Shown piece by piece: positions 58,134 through 64,000 of a stretch of DNA of 64,000 nucleotides. The notes below the pieces were generated by a model. That model saw only the letters and a list, made by a program, of their open reading frames with translations, ran no database searches and was not told the origin of the DNA. The stretch is from Octopus vulgaris (Eukaryota), in contig OX597818.1 in the NCBI GenBank assembly GCA_951406725.2, positions 42,842,001 to 42,906,000 on the forward strand. The letters run 5' to 3'. The translations under genes and the position numbers were made by a program. How positions within the stretch are numbered: position 1 is the stretch's first letter; every line of letters starts with the position of its first letter.

Positions 58134-59724
58134 CTCATTCGGAGAGGCACTGAGCACCTACACGCACACATACACACATGGCAGTTACTTCCGCCTACCA
58201 AATCCACTCACAAAGCTTCGGTCGGCTCGGGGCTATAGTAGAAGACACCTGCCCAAAGTGCTACGCAGTGGGACTGAACCCGAAACCATGTAGCTAGGAA
58301 GCAAGCTCCCTAATATATATATATATATATATATATATCATAGAAATAGCACTATACTTCTCTTTAGCTACATCACTGCTTTCTAAGAAAACTCCTTTGA
58401 TGTGAATAGTCAATACATCTACAAATATAACATGCTTATTTTGTTGACCACACATCTGATCTTTGCTACACAATCTTAAGATTAAATTTGATAGGGTCTC
58501 AATGTAATATAATGAACTGTAAAAGATCAATTAACTGTGAATATATAAGTAGACAAAAACTTAATGTGTCAAAAATCTAAATGAAATAAGCAAAGGAAGA
58601 TATTCTAAGATCAGTTGATTGAAATTTTTTGGCCTATATACTTTAGCGTAGCTAGAGTGTGTGCTACCCGGGGCAGTCCTTCCATTTGCTGTCCCTGGAC
58701 CCCACAGAAAAAACACATAGACCCAGAAGTATGGCCCCTACTGCCCCCTTGCTGCACTAGTGCCTATATGGACAGTACAGATTTGAATGGAGCTGCTCTT
58801 TAAAATCAACTGGTGAAAGTAAGACATTTTGTCCTCGTTAGACTTCATCAGCAAACATCCTACTTAACTGACAGCACTAAGTGATCATCATCATTTAACA
58901 TCTATGCTCCATGCTGGGATGGGTTGAATGGTATGAGAGGATCTTAAGCATTCATGATGCGCATTGTACTCCAGTTTGTGCTTTGGTATGTTTTTTATGA
59001 CTGGATGCACTTCCTAAACACCAACCACTTTAAAGTGTGTACTAGGTGCTACTGTGTACCTGTACTCTTGAGGTTTCATGCAACTTGCAAGACTACAAAT
59101 CCCAAGGGAGTGGGCATAGGCTTTATGCTAGGGGATGAGTGTTTAAAGTATGAAGAAAATGTGGAGAAGAGCAGGTTCTTGTAGAGGAGCTACCTTGCCA
59201 GATCAGACTGGAGCCTGGTGCAGCCTTCTGGCTTCCCAGATCCCCGGTCGAACCGTCCAACTCATGCTAGCACGGAGAACGGACGTTAAACGATGATGAT
59301 GATGAAGAGAGGGCGAGAATGACCAGTAGGAACCAAGAAGAGAGAAAATCAGCTGGCTGTTAGTTTTTCAACCCACTATGTTACATATAAGAGATAATAG
59401 TGTATATGTATTGAGAATGCATAATACTCCCCAAAAGTATTTTCATCCCCACCCCATCTCTCACTCTCTTTATGTGTGTGTAATTTGATATACACAGGGT
59501 TTAAGATTGAGCTATTATAAATTACATGCTTACAGTAATAGCTCAATTTGTAGTCCTGTGTATATCGAATTATATTTATTGCTCACTGGATGGAGTACTT
59601 TTGTTGATCCCTCCAATTAATGGAACAAGGCACACATACACATAATGCGTATGTGTCTAATATATATGTGTGTGTCTATATATATGTGTGTGTGTGAATG
59701 TGTGTATATATATATATATATATA

Positions 59725-60100
59725 CACGCTAGTAGGGTGCCAAGAGCACCATCCAAGCATGATCGTTGCCAGAGCAGCCAACTGGCTTCTGTACCCATGG
59801 CATGTAAAAGGGCACCATTCGAGCGTGATCATTGCCAATGTCACTTCCACTGGCACATGTAAAAAGATTCGAGTGAGGTCGTTGCCAGTGCCGCCTGACT
59901 GGCCCCCGTGGCGGTGGCACGTAAAAAGCACCCACTACACTCTCAGAGTGGTTGGTGTTAGGAAGGGCATCCAACTGTAGAAACTCTGCCAGATCAGATT
60001 GGAGCCTGGCACAGCCACCTGGCTCGCCAGCCCTCAGTCAAAATCGTCCAACCCATGCTAGCATGGAAAGCGGACGTTAAACGATGATGATGACGATGAC
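59725..60100 (+). mobile_element. (GAT)n-tailed RTE-3'-end repeat
   Basis: Same family as 5915-6115; another short copy at ~59195-59305. Confidence 0.8.
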
Positions 60101-60979
60101 ATACTAGTGAGTGGTCAGCTAAAAGGAAGTGGTGGTCAACACATTTGTAGGAGTTATGCTATTTAATAAGTTTGACTCAGCTCCTTGCAATTTAAGGTTT
60201 TGTAGGCTTGTAAAACGAACCTGATTTGTGAGGCATCTGGAGATAGTGTGTGCTGCAGCAAATGCAACAAACTGATGTTGGCAAATAAACCACACTGCAG
60301 CTTCCAGTCACAGTAGTAACAGCTGCATACTGTCCATCCAGCTGGGCTAACAACAACGTAGATAATTGATGTCACTTCCAGACTAAGAAAACCATGTGAT
60401 CTGAGTTGATCAATAGAGGTCTAACATCTAGAAGCCATCTTGAATTTGTCTTGTATCCTGTTATTCTGCCTCTAGATGCCTGATGACTTTGGTTCGTTCT
60501 ACAAGTCTATGAAACTTAAAGTTACATGGAACTGAGTCAAACTGTTATTAAATAATGTGTGTGTGTATATAAATGCGTGCTTGTAGTGATAAATTACATG
60601 GTTATTGACATTGTGTCTATTTTCGGCATATTTTGGCATTAGAAATTTTTTCTTTTGCCCTTACTTATAAATTGTTTATAAATTTAACCTTTAAAGGTAT
60701 TTTTTTAATATGCTGGCCATTGATAGAATTTTTTTGAAAAATGTTATCCTACATTAGATATATATATATATAAGCTTTTGTGAAAACTGCTTGATAGTCA
60801 CAATAATTGAAGAAAGATTTTGCTAGAAAGTTAACTATTCAAACATTTTTAATTTATAGAATGTCACCAACCTTCGTAGAAGTTTATGTATTGTGTGTAA
60901 ACGCTTTTGTTGTTCAACTTTCCAAACAAATGCTCTGAGCTATGTGTATAGAGGAAGCTGTTTTTAGTGATAGTGCTGA

Positions 60980-61785
60980 CTATTTCTGGTTTAGTTTGGG
61001 ATTTAGAAGTCTTATAAAGTGCACTTTTGCTTTTCATAGTTGATGATTAATTCATATTTTATTTTGTAAAAGAGAAATATTTTAAATTTTCCATTTGCAC
61101 AGATATCTCGATATTTACTACATTGGACATTTCTAAGAGATTGATCTTTAATTTGCTGTTTATATGCAGTTACACGGCTGGTTAGTTTCGTCTGTTTTTT
61201 TCCCAATGTAATTTTCATTGCAGTATGGACATGTGATGCATTAGATGAGATTTTTTTTTGTTTGCAATTGATGTTTGCATTCATTTTCAATTCCTTCCCA
61301 TTCCTGGATCTTTTGCTTGTTCCTAGTTCAATGAGTGTCTCCACTGTTTGTTACTTGCATTATTTCTTTCTCTGATGTCAATCTCACATTAGGAGTCTCT
61401 TGAAATTTGGTGGTTGTTTTTGCTGTTGATAATTTGTTGGAAATTTGATGATTTATGTAGAATTGGGAGGTGTTGTTTGGCTGAATGTAGGATATGGTTA
61501 CTAGGATTATGGGTGACTACAAATTGGACATTTATATTTATATTTTTTCTTTCATCCTCAGTATGAGTGGCTCTCCTTAACGTAGAGATTAGGATTTCTT
61601 TTGCTTTGGTTGATATATATATAATCACTGTCAACCAGACTATCAAATATTGTTACATACTGCTGGACACAATGCACCTCCTTGTATTGTTGCAGCTTTT
61701 GAATGATGCTATCCCGCTGGTTTATATATATAGTAATCCCTTGACTATCGCAGGTGTTATGTTCCAAAATCTCCCACAGAAATAA
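60980..61785 (-). mobile_element. Decayed Penelope-like element (RT C-terminus / GIY-YIG)
   Basis: FVVTHNP, KQTKLTSRVTAYKQQIKD...CSK..DICA.GKFKIFLFYK remnants. Confidence 0.65.
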
Positions 61786-62554
61786 TTAAAATCTGAAAAT
61801 ACTTATTGGGCACAGAAAACCACAATATACTGAGGAGTCCACAATATAAATTTACATATATTAGCCAGAAAAATCTGCAATGTACCGAGTGCGCAATAGC
61901 TGAACTACGATGTTCTAAGTGCGCGATAGATGAACTCTGATATGGTAAGGGATTATTGTATACATATATATATATATATATATACATCATCATTGTTTAA
62001 TGTCCATTTTCCATGTTGGCATGGATTGGACAGTTTGACATCAGCTGGCCATTTGGAAAGCTGTCCAGACTCATTGTCTGTTGTGAAATGGTTTCTACAA
62101 CTGGATGCCCTTCCTAATGTCAACCACTTTACAGAGTCTGCTCGGTGTTTTTTATGTGCTACCAGCAAAGGTGTGTTTATGCAGCACTGGCACCTGTTAA
62201 GGACAAGCCTCTATGTAAGGATGACAGTGATTTTACTTAGCTTGATGTGTCTTCTCATGTACAGCAAATCACCACAACTCCTGAACCCTTGTCATTTCCA
62301 CAATGAGCTGTATGTATGTATGTGCGTGTCGATATGTGTACACACCCAGACCTTGCTGGTGCCACGTGAAAAGCACCCAATTCACTCTGTAAAGTGGTTT
62401 GTGTTAGGAAAGGCATCTAACTATAAAAACCATGCCAAAACAGACAGAGCCTGGTGCAGTCCTTTCCCTTGCCAGCTCCTGTCCAATCATCCAACCCCTG
62501 CCTGTATGTGAGATGGATGTTAAATGGTGATATAATACATAATATAATGTGCAT

Positions 62555-62585
<31 letters not shown>

Positions 62586-62929
62586 TATGTATGTATTTAT
62601 ATATGTAAATGCACGTATATTATATATATTGTATGCATATGTATGTGTGTTGATCAGTCTTAGCCTTGGCAGCTGAATAGAATGTGTGCTGCTGAGGTGG
62701 TCTAATAAGTCTAAAACATATGAACAACCTTCACTAGTTATCTTTAGAAGCTATATGAGCTCCAATCTGTATTACCTAAAAATTTTAATCAGCTGATCAC
62801 TCTTGCTTGTGTTTATATTTTAAATGCCTTTTAAATACCTTTTTATCAACTGGTTGCTTGGGTAACCTTGGGTGATCAATGTTTTCCCACTTACTTATGT
62901 GAAGCCATACTATATTTGTTTATAATATG

Positions 62930-63348
62930 CAGCGCTGGATTAACCATTAAGCACAATATGTGCTTAGTGCATTAAGAGAAAGAGGGAGCACCACAGAAAT
63001 TGTAAATAGTTTATGGCACAAAAGAAATCACTTTAAATTCACTAAAATAATATTCGGGGTGCCTTTATCTCTACTAAGTATAGATGCAGATGTATTACGT
63101 AAGATTAATTTTGAGGATCTGATCAAAGACTCTGCAATTCAAAAAAGTAGGAGGAAACTTTCCAAATATAAAGTGGAAGTATACAAAAATAAACAGTATT
63201 TTCCCTCTTACTGTTTTGTTGTGTTTTGAAAAATAAAAATTTATTTTATAGTTTGTTATTTTTTATATTTTGAATTACATAATTTTTTTATGGGGTCACC
63301 AAAATCTTTTAAGTGCTTAGGGCCTCGATAGGTCTTAATCCGGCCCTG
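62930..63348 (+). mobile_element. Internally deleted hAT (Tip100-like) element
   Basis: TIRs CAGCGCTGGATTAA / TTAATCCGGCCCTG; dimerisation-domain tail LSLLSIDADVLRKINFEDLIKD.AIQKSRRK. Confidence 0.8.
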
Positions 63349-64000
63349 ATTGTGTGCAGCTTACTCTCAAGGAGCGTATTGTTTAGATGAAATTATTCTT
63401 TTTTTTAATCTAAGCTTGGTCTTGGAATGAAGATTTTGTTGTTTTTATTTCATCATACTTTGCAATTCAACCCCTGCAAAATCAAGCAGTTTCTTTTAGT
63501 CTGCATTTCCTTTTCTCATATTCCATTTCTGCTAAAAATATATAATTTCTTTCCCAACAGTTTAAATACAAGAAAAAAGAAAAATAACAAACAAACAACA
63601 AAAACAAAAACGTCTAGTTAGTATCCAAAATCAGAGATTGCTTTGAAGTGTAAATATTTGTTTCTTACAGATTCTGTCTAATACATTTTCATTCATTTAC
63701 AGTAAAAAAGACCAGATAATATTGCACTAATTACACTTCTTTAATCACCACAGAGCCATATTTGTTATTCATATGGTTTTCTACTGTTACTTTGATTGGA
63801 AATCTTGTAAACAAGTTTTGTTTTGATCACACTTAACTAACCACCCGATATATTATTATTCCTATTTGTGAGTGTAATAATGAACGTAGCCACTCGAGTA
63901 TCCTAGTGCTATTTTCATTCATATTTCTCATTATTCAGATAGAAAATGCTCAATAATTACTGCTTGCCATCAAAATAGTGAAATTAAGGCAGATGCTAAA

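Noticed and set aside
63670-64000. Possible exon of the downstream gene (tttcttacag| at 63670)
   Set aside because: Plausible acceptor but no recognisable coding frame before the window ends.

Overview
AT-rich, repeat-dense animal genomic DNA. The repeat families and gene sequences look octopus-like (inference). Two intron-rich housekeeping genes lie on the + strand: SRP68 (10 coding exons, 2060-16724; first exon upstream of the window) and RPS2/uS5 (TATA + TCT/5'TOP promoter near 32900, CDS 33136-37970). A CpG-rich probable first exon of a third gene lies at ~50250-50571. The rest is SINEs, RTE/CR1/Hero/Penelope LINE remnants, a decayed Gypsy pol, a maT/mariner, MITEs, a solo LTR and a tRNA-iMet pseudogene. 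The most interesting object is in RPS2 intron 2: a tandemly duplicated ~650-bp cassette. Each copy has a candidate 3' splice site, a stop-containing GC-rich hairpin (possible poison exon), a candidate donor that can pair with the 5' stem of a SNORA21/snR10-type H/ACA snoRNA, and the snoRNA itself. A hammerhead-like motif follows each cassette, and a ~600-nt inverted repeat follows the second. A CR1 insertion in SRP68 shows a ~148-bp target duplication with a template-switch scar that creates a decoy splice acceptor. rRNA and reference-protein comparisons are from memory, not from a search; repeat boundaries are approximate.
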